NCBI GenBank assembly: GCA_965203175.1
Contig: OZ241867.1
Location: 1,952,001 to 2,016,000, forward strand
DNA length: 64,000 nucleotides
DNA from: Candidatus Latescibacterota bacterium
GTDB lineage: Bacteria > Latescibacterota > UBA2968 > UBA8231
Reading direction: 5' to 3'
In this document: positions 28,403 through 38,591 of the stretch, one piece after another
How positions within the stretch are numbered: position 1 is the stretch's first letter
Layout of the letters: every line of letters begins with the position of its first letter
The notes under the pieces: generated by a model
Databases searched by the model: none
The model's input: only the letters and a program-made list of their open reading frames with translations
Told to the model about the DNA's origin: nothing
Position numbers and translations under genes: made by a program

Positions 28403-29769
28403 GGGTCGATCCCGTATTTCTCAAAGCGGCGGTACAGCGCCGCCCGGCTCAAACCCAACGCCTGAGCCACCCGGCTGATGTTGCCTTGGTAGCGCTCCAT
28501 GCAGCGGACGATCATCGACCGTTCCAACTCGTCGAGGGTCATGGTGCCCGGAGCGGGCAGGTCGCCCGATCCGCTCTGACCTTCCTCAGGCTGCATCGAC
28601 AGGGCCGCGGAGAAGTCGTCGGCCCCCAACACACGGCCGGGACTCATCAGCGCGGTCCGTTCGACCAGTTGCTTCAACTGGCGGATGTTGCCCGGCCACG
28701 GCAGGGTTTGCAACCAACTCAAGGCCGCGGCGTCGATTTCCAAGTCGCGGCGGTAGGCTTGGGCCGCGCCCAGCGCAAAGTGGCGCGCTAGCAGCGGGAT
28801 GTCCTCTGGCCGTTGGCGCAGGGGCGGCAGGTGCAGGACGATGAGGTTGAGGCGGTAGAGCAAGTCCTCGCGGAAGGTGCCCGACTCGACCAATTCCAGC
28901 AGGTTCTGATTGGTCGCCGAGATCACCCGCACGTCCACCGAACGGGTCTTGCTCGACCCCAGCACTTCATAGGTCCGATCCTGTAAAACGCGCAGGAGCT
29001 TGACTTGGCAACTCGGAGCCAAGTCGCCAATCTCGTCGAGGAAGATGGTGCCGCCATCGGCCAACTCAAAGCGGCCGGTGCGATCCTGCCGCGCGTCGGT
29101 GAAGGCCCCTTTCACGTGCCCGAACATCTCGCTGTCGAACAGGGTCGAGGAAATGCCGCCGAGGTTCACTTTGACGAAGGGCTGCTCGCGCCGGCTGCTA
29201 TTGCGGAAGAGGGCTTGGGCGATTTCGTCTTTGCCGGTGCCGCTCTCGCCGGTGATCAGCACCGAGGCGTCGGTGGGTGCGACGCGGCTGACGACTTCGA
29301 GCACCTTGAGCAGTTGGGGGTCCGCGCCGATGATGTTGGCGAAATCGCCTTGGCGATCTAGTTCCTCTCGCGTGATGGTGCGCTCGGTGGCGGGCGTTGC
29401 CGCGGCCAAGCCCAGCGCTGTTTTCACGGCCTGAAGGATCTGTTTGTTGGTCCAGGGTTTGGTGACAAAATCCGCGGCACCGGCCTTGATACCCTGCACG
29501 GCGAGTTCAATGGATCCCCAAGCCGTCATCAAAATGACCGGTACACTGGCCCATCGCTGCTTGATCTCTTGCAACAATTCCATGCCCTCCTCGCCGCTGG
29601 TCTGGCGCGAGAAGTTCATGTCTTGCAAGACCAGTTCGCACCCGCCGCGCTCCAGCCATTCGAGGGCTTCCGCCGGAGACGCGGCAGTCGCGGTCTGGTA
29701 CCCAGCCTGCTTGAGCAGCAGGGACAGCGACGTGGTCACGGAAATATCGTCATCGACGACTAGGATCAT
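28399..29769 (-). CDS. Sigma-54-dependent response regulator (NtrC/AtoC family)
   Basis: MILVVDDD receiver domain, GESGTGKD Walker A, GAFTDA loop, FLDEIG Walker B, WPGNIRQL, Fis-type HTH. Confidence 0.95.
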   Translation of the reverse strand: MILVVDDDISVTTSLSLLLKQAGYQTATAASPAEALEWLERGGCELVLQDMNFSRQTSGEEGMELLQEIKQRWASVPVILMTAWGSIELAVQGIKAGAADFVTKPWTNKQILQAVKTALGLAAATPATERTITREELDRQGDFANIIGADPQLLKVLEVVSRVAPTDASVLITGESGTGKDEIAQALFRNSSRREQPFVKVNLGGISSTLFDSEMFGHVKGAFTDARQDRTGRFELADGGTIFLDEIGDLAPSCQVKLLRVLQDRTYEVLGSSKTRSVDVRVISATNQNLLELVESGTFREDLLYRLNLIVLHLPPLRQRPEDIPLLARHFALGAAQAYRRDLEIDAAALSWLQTLPWPGNIRQLKQLVERTALMSPGRVLGADDFSAALSMQPEEGQSGSGDLPAPGTMTLDELERSMIVRCMERYQGNISRVAQALGLSRAALYRRFEKYGIDP

Positions 29770-29779
29770 TGCCCAGTCC

Positions 29780-30934
29780 TCATCTGCGGCGGCGGCGACG
29801 TTCGGGTTGGGTTCCCAACTGTACCATCTTCTCCATTTGGACACCATTGCGCACTAGTTCGAACGCAACCTCGGTGCCGGGTTTCATACGCCTCAGTAGG
29901 AAGTTTAGTTGGGATGGGGAAGTTATGGGTTTTTCTGCTAGGGTGAGCACGACATCGCCCTGTTCAAAACCGGCCCCTTGCGCGGGGCTATCGTCCTCTA
30001 CTCGGCGGACGACCGCACCACTCTCGCCCTCGATCAACCATGCTCCAAACCAACCCGCCTCATCCGGGGAAAGATATTTCATACCACTCAAATCCAGCAG
30101 ACGGAAAGTACTGGTTTGCTCGTCGTGAGCCACTCTGAAGGTCATCGTAACCTGATTATCCCTGTCGAATTCGCTAGTGGCCTGTTTTGCCCATTCCTTC
30201 CCATCGAAATACTGGACAAATAACTCTGGCCATTCGCCCGCACTCATATTTCTGAAGGCCAAGCGGTGAGTGGCTCTTTCCCTCGGAGGCTCAGACTCCC
30301 GGGGTGTCAGATAGTTAAGATAATCGTCCCCCGGGTACACTTTAATCCCGAACTCGTCGAACAACTCTGTGAACCACTGTAGCTCTTGGTGAGTTGAATC
30401 CGGGCCAAGTTCGAGTTCTGGGGGATAGCGCCCGTCCACCATATTTCTGCCTATAAGTTCGAGCTGATCTAGCAGGGTCGCTTGGAGCCTGTCGTGCTCA
30501 GCCGAGCGCTCGGCCACGACGATGGTCCCCTCAATGACATTATTGGTCTCGTCCGTCTCGGGCAGATTGTCTTCCTTGTCCAAGACCCAGCGATACGTGT
30601 ACGTCCCCGGTTCGGTCGGCTTGAAGTGATAATAGCCTTCGGACATTGAGTAGGTACTAGTCCCGCCCGGCTCCAAACCTCCCGTGCCGTAATCGAAGCT
30701 GACGCGCTTGTCGTCAACGTACAAATCGACCCGATAGGTGCGGCCGGGAATGGCGTCGGTACCTCGGTTGGCCTGATGTTGGACGAATACGACTCCATCG
30801 CCGACCACTACTTCCTCGGGTACATGGACGACTTCGACGGCCACCAAATCGTAATTGCCCTCAGGTGCTTCTTCGAGTGGCGCGGCATACGCCGACGGCG
30901 CAAACAGAAAAACGGCTAACACGAGATAACGCAT
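29780..30934 (-). CDS. Secreted CARDB + PDZ domain protein (copy A)
   Basis: Signal peptide (SAYA). CARDB-like D..L.ETDETNN. C-terminal PDZ (SPAQGAGFEQGDVV...PGTEV). Confidence 0.8.
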   Translation of the reverse strand: MRYLVLAVFLFAPSAYAAPLEEAPEGNYDLVAVEVVHVPEEVVVGDGVVFVQHQANRGTDAIPGRTYRVDLYVDDKRVSFDYGTGGLEPGGTSTYSMSEGYYHFKPTEPGTYTYRWVLDKEDNLPETDETNNVIEGTIVVAERSAEHDRLQATLLDQLELIGRNMVDGRYPPELELGPDSTHQELQWFTELFDEFGIKVYPGDDYLNYLTPRESEPPRERATHRLAFRNMSAGEWPELFVQYFDGKEWAKQATSEFDRDNQVTMTFRVAHDEQTSTFRLLDLSGMKYLSPDEAGWFGAWLIEGESGAVVRRVEDDSPAQGAGFEQGDVVLTLAEKPITSPSQLNFLLRRMKPGTEVAFELVRNGVQMEKMVQLGTQPERRRRRR

Positions 30935-30948
30935 GGTCGATTCCTTCC

Positions 30949-31068
30949 TCATTCGTGATACGGGGCATCGGCCGGAGACGCGGCTGTCGCGGTCTGGTAG
31001 CCGGCCTGCTTGAGCAGCAGGGACAGCGACGTGGTCACGGAAATATCGTCATCTACTACCAAGATCAT
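30949..31068 (-). pseudogene. Duplicated 5' fragment of the sigma-54 response regulator, ending in a permease-like tail
   Basis: MILVVDDDISVTTSLSLLLKQAGYQTATAASPA is identical in protein to the regulator N-terminus, then DAPYHE*. Confidence 0.85.
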
Positions 31069-31078
31069 CGCCCAGTCC

Positions 31079-32251
31079 TCATTCGATTCGCGGGCCTGGT
31101 CGGCGGCGTTCGGGTTGAGTTCCCAACTGTACCGTCTTCTCCATTTGGACACCATTGCGCACGAGTCCGAACGCAACCTCGGTGCCGGGTTTCATACGCC
31201 CCAGTAGGAAGTTTAGTTGGGATGAGGAAGCCATGGGTTTCCCTGCTAGGCTGAGCAAGAGGTCGCCTTGTTCAAAGCCGGCCTCTTGCGCGGGACTGCC
31301 GTCCTCTACTTGGTGGACGACCGCGCCACCCCCGCCCTCGTTCTCGATCAACCATACGCCGAGCCAACCCCTCTCATTTAGGGAACGATAACTCACCCTG
31401 CTCGATTCCAGCAGACGGAAAGTACCTGTTTGCTCGTCGTGAGCCATTCTGAAGGTCATTGTTGTAGCCTGATTATCCCTGTCGAGTTCGCTGGTGGCCT
31501 GTTTTGCCCATTCCTGCCCGTCGAAATACTGGACGAATAACTCTGGCCATTCGCGCGTACTCGTATTTCTGAAATCCAAGCGGTGAGTGGCCTTTTCCTC
31601 CGGAGGAGCGAACTCCTGAGACGTCAGATAGTTATAATAATGGTCCCCCGAGTACGCTAAAATCCCGATGTCGTCGAACAACTCTGTAAACCACTGTAGC
31701 TCTTGATGGGTTGAATCCGGGCCAAGTTCGAGTTCGGGGGGATAGCGCCCATCCACCATATTTTTGCCGATGAGTTCAAGCTGATCTAGCAGGGCCGCTT
31801 GGCGTCTGTCGTGCTCGGCCGAGCGCTCGGCCACGACAATGGTGCCCTCAATGACATTATTGGTCTCGTCCGTCTCGGGCAGATTGTCTTCCTTGTCCAA
31901 GACCCAGCGGTATGTGTACGTCCCCGGTTCGGTCGGCATGAAGTGATAGTAGCCTTCGGACATTGAGTAGGTACTAGTCCTGCCCGGCTGCAAACCTCCC
32001 GTGCCGTAATCGAAGCTGACGCGCTCGTCGTCAACGTACAAATCGACCCGATAGGTGCGGGGAGGAATGGCGTCAGTGCCTCGGTTGGCCTGGTGTCGGA
32101 CGAACACAACTTTATCGCCGACCACTACTTCCTCGGGTATATGGACGACTTCGACGGCCACCAAATCGTAATTGCCCTCAGGGGCTTCTTCGAGTGGCGC
32201 GGCATACGCCGACGGCGCAAACAGAAAAACTGCTAACATGAGATGACGCAT
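31079..32251 (-). CDS. Secreted CARDB + PDZ domain protein (copy B)
   Basis: Close paralog of 29780..30934. Confidence 0.8.
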   Translation of the reverse strand: MRHLMLAVFLFAPSAYAAPLEEAPEGNYDLVAVEVVHIPEEVVVGDKVVFVRHQANRGTDAIPPRTYRVDLYVDDERVSFDYGTGGLQPGRTSTYSMSEGYYHFMPTEPGTYTYRWVLDKEDNLPETDETNNVIEGTIVVAERSAEHDRRQAALLDQLELIGKNMVDGRYPPELELGPDSTHQELQWFTELFDDIGILAYSGDHYYNYLTSQEFAPPEEKATHRLDFRNTSTREWPELFVQYFDGQEWAKQATSELDRDNQATTMTFRMAHDEQTGTFRLLESSRVSYRSLNERGWLGVWLIENEGGGGAVVHQVEDGSPAQEAGFEQGDLLLSLAGKPMASSSQLNFLLGRMKPGTEVAFGLVRNGVQMEKTVQLGTQPERRRPGPRIE

Positions 32252-32360
32252 GGTTGATTCCTTCCTTATTCGCGGTGAAGGGCCTTGGCTAGCCTAAGCG
32301 TCCGGTGAAATTCGTCCGAAACATCGTCAGCGGCAACATGTTGTCCGTCAACATCAAGGA

Positions 32361-34826
32361 TTACATCCTTACATTAACAGTACCCCCAAAGTCAAAGCGC
32401 ACCAAACTCACCCCCACGCCCCAGCCGGGCCGATCCAAACGCCGGGTAAAATCGAGGCGCAACAGGTGATACAGCATGAGCGAGACCCCCACCTCATGGT
32501 GGAAACTCTCCGCATAACGCGGATTGTGTCCCAGTTTGGCTCGCCGCTCTAGGTCAATCCACGTCCGCCCCGAAGCCCCGTGCACCACCAGCCCCGCACC
32601 CCGCATGGCCCAATCCCACAGTCCCAATAGCTCAAAGGGCGTGGTCTTGAAGTTATGCTCCCAATACAGGGCCGCATAGTGCTCCCCCTCATAGGGATGG
32701 CCGCGCACCGTGCGGAAAGCGCCAAACGGAGAGAAAAAGCCCATGCTGGCCTCCAAGCATCCAAAGCGCTGCATTGGCACATCGCCGATTGAGTATCCCG
32801 CTACCAGCCGCACATCGAGCGCGTTGGGCGTGACGCGGCGCTTGAGGAAGGTTTTGAAATGGCCGTCCAAGGCTAGGCGCAAACGGGTGAAGGAAAAGTC
32901 GCTGCCCAGTCCAGCACTGCTGTGCTCCACTCCCACTGCGACCCGCCGATTGGCCGTCAATCCAAAAGGCTGATACGGTCCGCCCCATTCGAGACCCGCC
33001 TCCACTGAGCGCAGCCGACCTTCCTCAATCGCCGGATTGGGTCGCGGCCTCCAGTCCCGATTTAACAGACTGAAAGCGGTCGTCTCCTGTAGCGAAGAAT
33101 GCTCCTCGTGGTTAAAGCCCACCGCCAAGCCGACCTGACTCGGCAGGGCAAGATGAAGCCGTGCTCGCAACCTTTCATTCCAGTAATAATCGAAATAGTC
33201 GTCCAGGCCCAGCAGAAACTGGCCACTGTTGAGCAACGGGAAATAGCTGTCCGAAGGAACGCGCGGCACCGGTCCTTTCCCGTACTCCAGAGCGACCCTA
33301 CCTGCTGTCCGCTGCCAGCCGACCCGGCCCCGGTAAGACCAGCGCTTCAGACCGACGTTGTATCCGGTAGCAACACCGGTCTCCAGTCCGCCGCCCAGAC
33401 CCCGGTTTCCCTCCAGCCCCAGATGCGCTCCACCCACCCGGTCGTACCGCAAAGCGGGCTTCAGATTGACTGCTCCCCAGCGCGACGATTCCACTCGCTC
33501 CGCAGTCTTTTTCTTTCCCTGTTCCGTCCGCTCCTCCGTCTCTTCCGTTTGCTCCTTTATCAACAAACGGGCGAGGAATCCCGTCGGCTGGAAGGCCTTT
33601 TCGAACTGCATAGTGCTGTCGATGGTGGCATAAGCGGCTTGTTCCCGCGCCGACAGGGGTACCTTATCGGTCAACCGGACAAAGGAAGTGTCCTGGGCCA
33701 CGGCCAGCGAATCGACCCGCAGAACTTCCTCGCTGGCGTAGAGCGAGTCGGGCATATCGACATTGACTTGGCAATCGCTCAGCCGCGTTATCACGTTGTA
33801 CTTGATCGCGGGAAAGTGCAGCCCCACCGTGCTGATTTTTACTGCCATAGAAGCTCGGTAGTCGACCGGCAGCCACACCCCTCCGGCAAAGCCGCGGAAC
33901 TGTTGTTGGTAGGCAAAATCCATGTGCTCGATCAGGGGCAGGGGAACGGCTGAGGTCGTGGTCGCCCGGTTAGGTGCCAGCTCTACTTCGAGCAAGGCAA
34001 AATCCTCGTCCAACACCGCGACGCGGCCGACAAAAGCGGCTTGCAATTTATTCTTTGGCTCAACCGAGATGTCGAATACCACCTTATCGTCCAAATAGCG
34101 CTGGCCGATCAAGTCGAAGCGGTAGTGCTTGAGGGCATCGGGATGGGTCGGCCCGATCAGGGTGTGGCCGATAAAGGGGATATCATCGTCGTAGAAATTC
34201 GCAAACCCCGCAAAGGCCGAGATGTATGCTTCTTGGGCATCCAAATTTTGGGTCACGCGTCTCGACTTGACCACTTCGCGCAGCCCCCGCTCCCGCTCCC
34301 AATAAATCTCCGAGGCCAATTCGCCGATCGAGACAATGCCTTCTTCGTTTTCCAAAACGCGCCGGGCATAGGCTTGTGCCTGATAGCTGGCCAAGCTGGG
34401 CCGCCATTCTTGTTTGCGGCGAATGACTTGGCGCATGATACCCTCGGCTGAGGTTTCGGCAGTCACCACGATGGGATCGAGCAGAAAGGGCACTGGCGTC
34501 AAGGCGAAATCGATCCGTTCCGCAGGGGCCGTCATCTCGCGCTCTTGGGAGACGTAGCCGATGTAACTCACTGTCAACGTCGCCGGAAGCTGCTGCACCT
34601 TGAGCGAGTACTCGCCCTCGTCGTTGGCTATGGTCCCGCGATAGGTGCCGGCTAGCTGTACGGTAGCCGCTGGCAGGGGCTGCCCGGTGGACGCGTCGGT
34701 AACGGTGCCACGCACCAGCCACGGTTGGGCATGGACTGGGGGGACGATCCATAAGGCGGCCAAGATGGCCATTGTTAAAAGCAACGTCGCGTTAATTTTT
34801 TTGTAGTCCATAATATCCCAAATCAT
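32361..34826 (-). CDS. Carboxypeptidase-regulatory-like domain + DUF5686-type outer-membrane protein
   Basis: VRGTVTDASTGQPLPAATV...GT.ANDEGEYSL...VSYIGY, followed by a long beta-rich C-terminus. Confidence 0.75.
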   Translation of the reverse strand: MIWDIMDYKKINATLLLTMAILAALWIVPPVHAQPWLVRGTVTDASTGQPLPAATVQLAGTYRGTIANDEGEYSLKVQQLPATLTVSYIGYVSQEREMTAPAERIDFALTPVPFLLDPIVVTAETSAEGIMRQVIRRKQEWRPSLASYQAQAYARRVLENEEGIVSIGELASEIYWERERGLREVVKSRRVTQNLDAQEAYISAFAGFANFYDDDIPFIGHTLIGPTHPDALKHYRFDLIGQRYLDDKVVFDISVEPKNKLQAAFVGRVAVLDEDFALLEVELAPNRATTTSAVPLPLIEHMDFAYQQQFRGFAGGVWLPVDYRASMAVKISTVGLHFPAIKYNVITRLSDCQVNVDMPDSLYASEEVLRVDSLAVAQDTSFVRLTDKVPLSAREQAAYATIDSTMQFEKAFQPTGFLARLLIKEQTEETEERTEQGKKKTAERVESSRWGAVNLKPALRYDRVGGAHLGLEGNRGLGGGLETGVATGYNVGLKRWSYRGRVGWQRTAGRVALEYGKGPVPRVPSDSYFPLLNSGQFLLGLDDYFDYYWNERLRARLHLALPSQVGLAVGFNHEEHSSLQETTAFSLLNRDWRPRPNPAIEEGRLRSVEAGLEWGGPYQPFGLTANRRVAVGVEHSSAGLGSDFSFTRLRLALDGHFKTFLKRRVTPNALDVRLVAGYSIGDVPMQRFGCLEASMGFFSPFGAFRTVRGHPYEGEHYAALYWEHNFKTTPFELLGLWDWAMRGAGLVVHGASGRTWIDLERRAKLGHNPRYAESFHHEVGVSLMLYHLLRLDFTRRLDRPGWGVGVSLVRFDFGGTVNVRM

Positions 34827-34871
34827 TCGTGGTGAAGCACTGAATGCTCTACATCAAAGGCAAGGGAATGC

Positions 34872-36044
34872 TCAAAGTTCGCTCAACAGCGAGCCGATAA
34901 CCGCATCGATCCTGTCGGTGCTATCAGAACCGAAACCATGGACATCGTAGATGACCTTGCCGTCGCTGTCGAGGATCACATTGCGCGGGTAACCCCGGCC
35001 GAAAATGCGCACGGCCTCGTCGTTCCCCAAAGCGATGTCATAGGCAAACGGATGCTCCTCTAAGAACTGCTTCAACTCCGGCCCTTCGTTGTCGGCGATG
35101 GCGAGGAATTCGATGTCGCGGTCTGCGTACTTCTCAACCAATTCGTTGAGTTCGGGAATCTCAGCAGCGCAAGGCGGACAGAAGGTTTGCCACCAGTTGA
35201 TGACCACGGGCTTGCCGCGCAGCGCCTTCAACTCTATAGCACTGCTGTCGAGCCGAGTAACAGTGACGTTCGGCATCTCGAATCCCACGGCGAGAGCGAC
35301 CGTTTGATCGCTGCGCTCGATCACTAGCTGATCTCCCGTCGCCGACACATGGGATAGCTTGTAGGCCTGACCGTCGATCAAGAAGGGTTCGTTGACCCAG
35401 AAAGCCTCGTCCTCCAGCTTCTCGGTTTGGCCGTACAGACTGGTCAGGAATACGCCGTCCCCGTCGCGGTCAATCACGAGCTGATGTAAAGTAAGCCCCT
35501 GTGAGTCGTCGGGTAGGGTGTAGGTCAAGAAACCTGGAGCCCTCAGCAGTGCCAAAGCATAGCGTCTTCCTCCGATGGTTGCCTGGCCCAAACGCAGTCC
35601 GAATGGGCGGTGCAACACGTCATTCCGTTCGCGGCGGATAAAGAGTTCGATCTTGGACTCAGGCGCTTGGCCAGCCGGGGGCACGGTCAACTCGGCTCTC
35701 AGGGCGTCATCACCTGGAACGTATTTAAAAGAACCTTTTGTCAACTGGAGTTGATGCGGCTGTGCAGTAGAATCGGCAACGACGAAGGCAATGTCCTGTC
35801 CGTCGTTATCCAGTCCCACTAAGACGAGCGGCTCAGCCGGCGAATCCCGGAACGATAGGCGGGCGTGTAGGGGCTCATGGATATCCAATTCGGCAACCGA
35901 TGAGATCTCGGGTAGTCCTTCCGTCAGATATGGGCCAGTCAGGGCGCGACTCATATACGGCTGAAAGAGATGCTCTACGGAATCCTCGCGCACAGATTTC
36001 ATGGCCACCGCGATACTCTCTGCTTTGATCGCTCTCACTGCCAT
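34872..36044 (-). CDS. TlpA-family thiol-disulfide reductase with N-terminal extension (CPPC)
   Basis: LRGKPVVINWWQTFCPPCAAEIPELN. No clear signal peptide. Confidence 0.85.
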   Translation of the reverse strand: MAVRAIKAESIAVAMKSVREDSVEHLFQPYMSRALTGPYLTEGLPEISSVAELDIHEPLHARLSFRDSPAEPLVLVGLDNDGQDIAFVVADSTAQPHQLQLTKGSFKYVPGDDALRAELTVPPAGQAPESKIELFIRRERNDVLHRPFGLRLGQATIGGRRYALALLRAPGFLTYTLPDDSQGLTLHQLVIDRDGDGVFLTSLYGQTEKLEDEAFWVNEPFLIDGQAYKLSHVSATGDQLVIERSDQTVALAVGFEMPNVTVTRLDSSAIELKALRGKPVVINWWQTFCPPCAAEIPELNELVEKYADRDIEFLAIADNEGPELKQFLEEHPFAYDIALGNDEAVRIFGRGYPRNVILDSDGKVIYDVHGFGSDSTDRIDAVIGSLLSEL

Positions 36045-36112
36045 CCCCCTTGTGGATGTGTAGAGTGTGTTTGGGTTTGTTCAGGCAAATGCTCGTACAT
36101 ATAATGAAACGC

Positions 36113-37333
36113 TCAAAGTTCGCTCAACAGCGAGCCGATAACCGTGTCGATTTGGTCAACGGTATTAGAACTGAGGCCCGTGATATCCAAGACGACTTTG
36201 CCTTCGCCGTTGACAATTACATGACGCGGATAAGCTGTGCCGAGAATGCGCATAGCCTCGTCATTCGCCACGGCGATGTCATAGATGAACGGATGCTTCT
36301 CCAGAAACGGCGGCAACTCCGCCATTTCGTTGTCGGCGATAGCGAGGAATTCGACATCGCGACCCTCGTACTTCTCAACCAATTCGTTGAGTTCGGGGAT
36401 CTCCGCGATGCAGGGCGAGCAGGCGGTATGCCACCAGTTGATGACCACGGACTTGCCGCGCAGCGCTGTCAGGTCGATAGCACTGCTGTCGAGCCGAGTA
36501 ACGGTGACATTCGGCATCTCAAAGCCCATGGCGAGCGCGACCGTTTGATCGCTGGGCTCGATTACTAACCGATCTCCTGTCGCCGACACATCGGCCAATT
36601 TGTAAACTTGATCGTCGATTATGAAGGGGTTGGTGATTTCGAACGCCTCGTCCTCCAACTCCTCGGTTCCTAGCATATAAGTCAGGAATACACCGTCTCC
36701 ATCGCGGTCAATCATGAACTGATGTAAAGTCCTCCCCAGTGAGTCAACAGGTAGGGTATAGGCCAAGAAACCCGGAGACCTCATCATTGCTAAGGCATAG
36801 CGCCTGTCTCCGATAGCTGCTTCGCCCAAACGCAGTCCGAAGGGACGGTGCATCACGGAGCTACGTTCGCGGCTGATAAAGAGTTCGATCTTGGACTCTG
36901 GCGCTTGGCCAGCCGGGAGCACGGTCAACTCAGCTCGCAGGGCCTCATCGTCCGGAACGTATTCAAAAGGACCGCTTGTCAACTCGAGTTGCTGCGGCTG
37001 CGCGGTGGAATCGACAACAGCGAAGGCGATGTCCTGTCCGTCGTCATCCAATCCTAGTACGACAAGTGGCTCAGCCGGCGAATCTTTGAACGACAATCGA
37101 GCGTGCAGGGGCTTATCGATTTCTAGTTCGGCAATCGCTTGAATATCAGGCAGTCCTTCCGTTAGCTGCGAGCTAGTCAGGCCGCGCATAAGAAAAGGCT
37201 GGAAGAGATGCTCTACGGAATCCTCGCGCACGGATTCCATTTTCACCGTGATATTCTCTGCGCCGGCCGCTCCATAAATGAACGCCGTGGCGACGGTGGC
37301 GATGATGGTGATGGCAGATTTGATCGATTTCAT
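36113..37333 (-). CDS. TlpA-family thiol-disulfide reductase with N-terminal extension (CSPC)
   Basis: Signal peptide and LRGKSVVINWWHTACSPCIAEIPELN. Paralog of the adjacent gene. Confidence 0.87.
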   Translation of the reverse strand: MKSIKSAITIIATVATAFIYGAAGAENITVKMESVREDSVEHLFQPFLMRGLTSSQLTEGLPDIQAIAELEIDKPLHARLSFKDSPAEPLVVLGLDDDGQDIAFAVVDSTAQPQQLELTSGPFEYVPDDEALRAELTVLPAGQAPESKIELFISRERSSVMHRPFGLRLGEAAIGDRRYALAMMRSPGFLAYTLPVDSLGRTLHQFMIDRDGDGVFLTYMLGTEELEDEAFEITNPFIIDDQVYKLADVSATGDRLVIEPSDQTVALAMGFEMPNVTVTRLDSSAIDLTALRGKSVVINWWHTACSPCIAEIPELNELVEKYEGRDVEFLAIADNEMAELPPFLEKHPFIYDIAVANDEAMRILGTAYPRHVIVNGEGKVVLDITGLSSNTVDQIDTVIGSLLSEL

Positions 37334-37415
37334 GGCATCCTCCTATGGGATGTGTGTGAAGTACGTTTGGGTTTATTCGACCTTCAGACTGCTTTTCGAA
37401 CAGTCACCTTCCGAC

Positions 37416-38591
37416 TCATTCGTGGTGCAGTGCCTCGACTGGCCGTATCCGGCAGGCTAGCCGACCCGGATACAGGCTGCACACGATCACGAGGCCGTAA
37501 ATTATTAGGGCTGCAAGGGCTATACTGAGTGCGTAGATTCCGCCGGTGTAATCGAGCAGTTCCAGTAGCGGGAGTTGCAAGACGAGCAGCAGACCGGCGA
37601 TTACGCCGATGCTGGCGACTACGAGTATCTCGCCCGTCAATTGCGCGTAGATACTGGCCGCCGACCCGCCCAAGGCCCTTCTCAGGCCAATCTCCTCGGT
37701 TCTTAGCGTAGTCCGCTGCCACAGCACGCCGCTCAACGACAGCGCCACCATACCCAACATCAACACCGAGACAACCCCGGCGGCGAACAGATACGTCAAG
37801 GTCAACTTGAACGACGAGGCGCGATCTTCCTCTAAGGTCGTAATATCTACTATGTACCACGGGGCCATGGCCTTGAGCCGCTTGAAAATTTGCTCTTGGG
37901 CCGCCAACGGGGTGTCAGGACGCACTTTGACCACAAAATGGACACGATGAGAGTAATCGTCTTCCAAGCGAGCTAACATGAAGAACCCAGTATCGGATAA
38001 TTCCCCTCTGCGACGATAGGCGGAGACCACCCCGATGACCCGTCCGTCACCGTCATCCCCCCCCCACTCTTCGATCTGCTGGCCAATGGGATCTTCATGG
38101 CCAAAGAGTTCCTCGCTAAGTGGCTGGGTTATCACGAGTGGCTCCCAATCTAGAGCCGCGTCCTCTTCACCAAACCACCGCCCGCTGACCAACTCGAGAT
38201 CGAACACTTCGTGGAACTCATCCGAAACATAACCGTGATCAACCCTTTGTCCGCCTATGTCGCCACTGTACTGAGAGAAACCATAGGGGATTGCTGCCCT
38301 ATCCACCGCGGCTACCGACTCGACCCAGTCGAATTCCTCTAGGGCCTGATAGATCTGTCTGCGGCTGGGCACTTCCGCCTCGCTAGGCGCTGGCCGCGCT
38401 CGATCCTGCCTGAATTCCACAGCCCATCGATCTTCGTAGGAAAATCCGAGAGGCTGCCGGTAAGTGTTGACTTTGTCCACGGCGAGAGAGGCCGTGATAA
38501 AGACGATTAGAAAAGAGATGAATATCTGGAAGGCGGTTAGCGCGTTCGCCCTTTTGCGGTTCCAAACTAGCTTGCAGAGATGGAGTATCAT
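37416..38591 (-). CDS. MacB/FtsX-type ABC transporter permease
   Basis: PLGF..E N-terminal motif, EIGLRRALG, ends PVEALHHE. ATG overlaps the upstream stop. Confidence 0.9.
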   Translation of the reverse strand: MILHLCKLVWNRKRANALTAFQIFISFLIVFITASLAVDKVNTYRQPLGFSYEDRWAVEFRQDRARPAPSEAEVPSRRQIYQALEEFDWVESVAAVDRAAIPYGFSQYSGDIGGQRVDHGYVSDEFHEVFDLELVSGRWFGEEDAALDWEPLVITQPLSEELFGHEDPIGQQIEEWGGDDGDGRVIGVVSAYRRRGELSDTGFFMLARLEDDYSHRVHFVVKVRPDTPLAAQEQIFKRLKAMAPWYIVDITTLEEDRASSFKLTLTYLFAAGVVSVLMLGMVALSLSGVLWQRTTLRTEEIGLRRALGGSAASIYAQLTGEILVVASIGVIAGLLLVLQLPLLELLDYTGGIYALSIALAALIIYGLVIVCSLYPGRLACRIRPVEALHHE

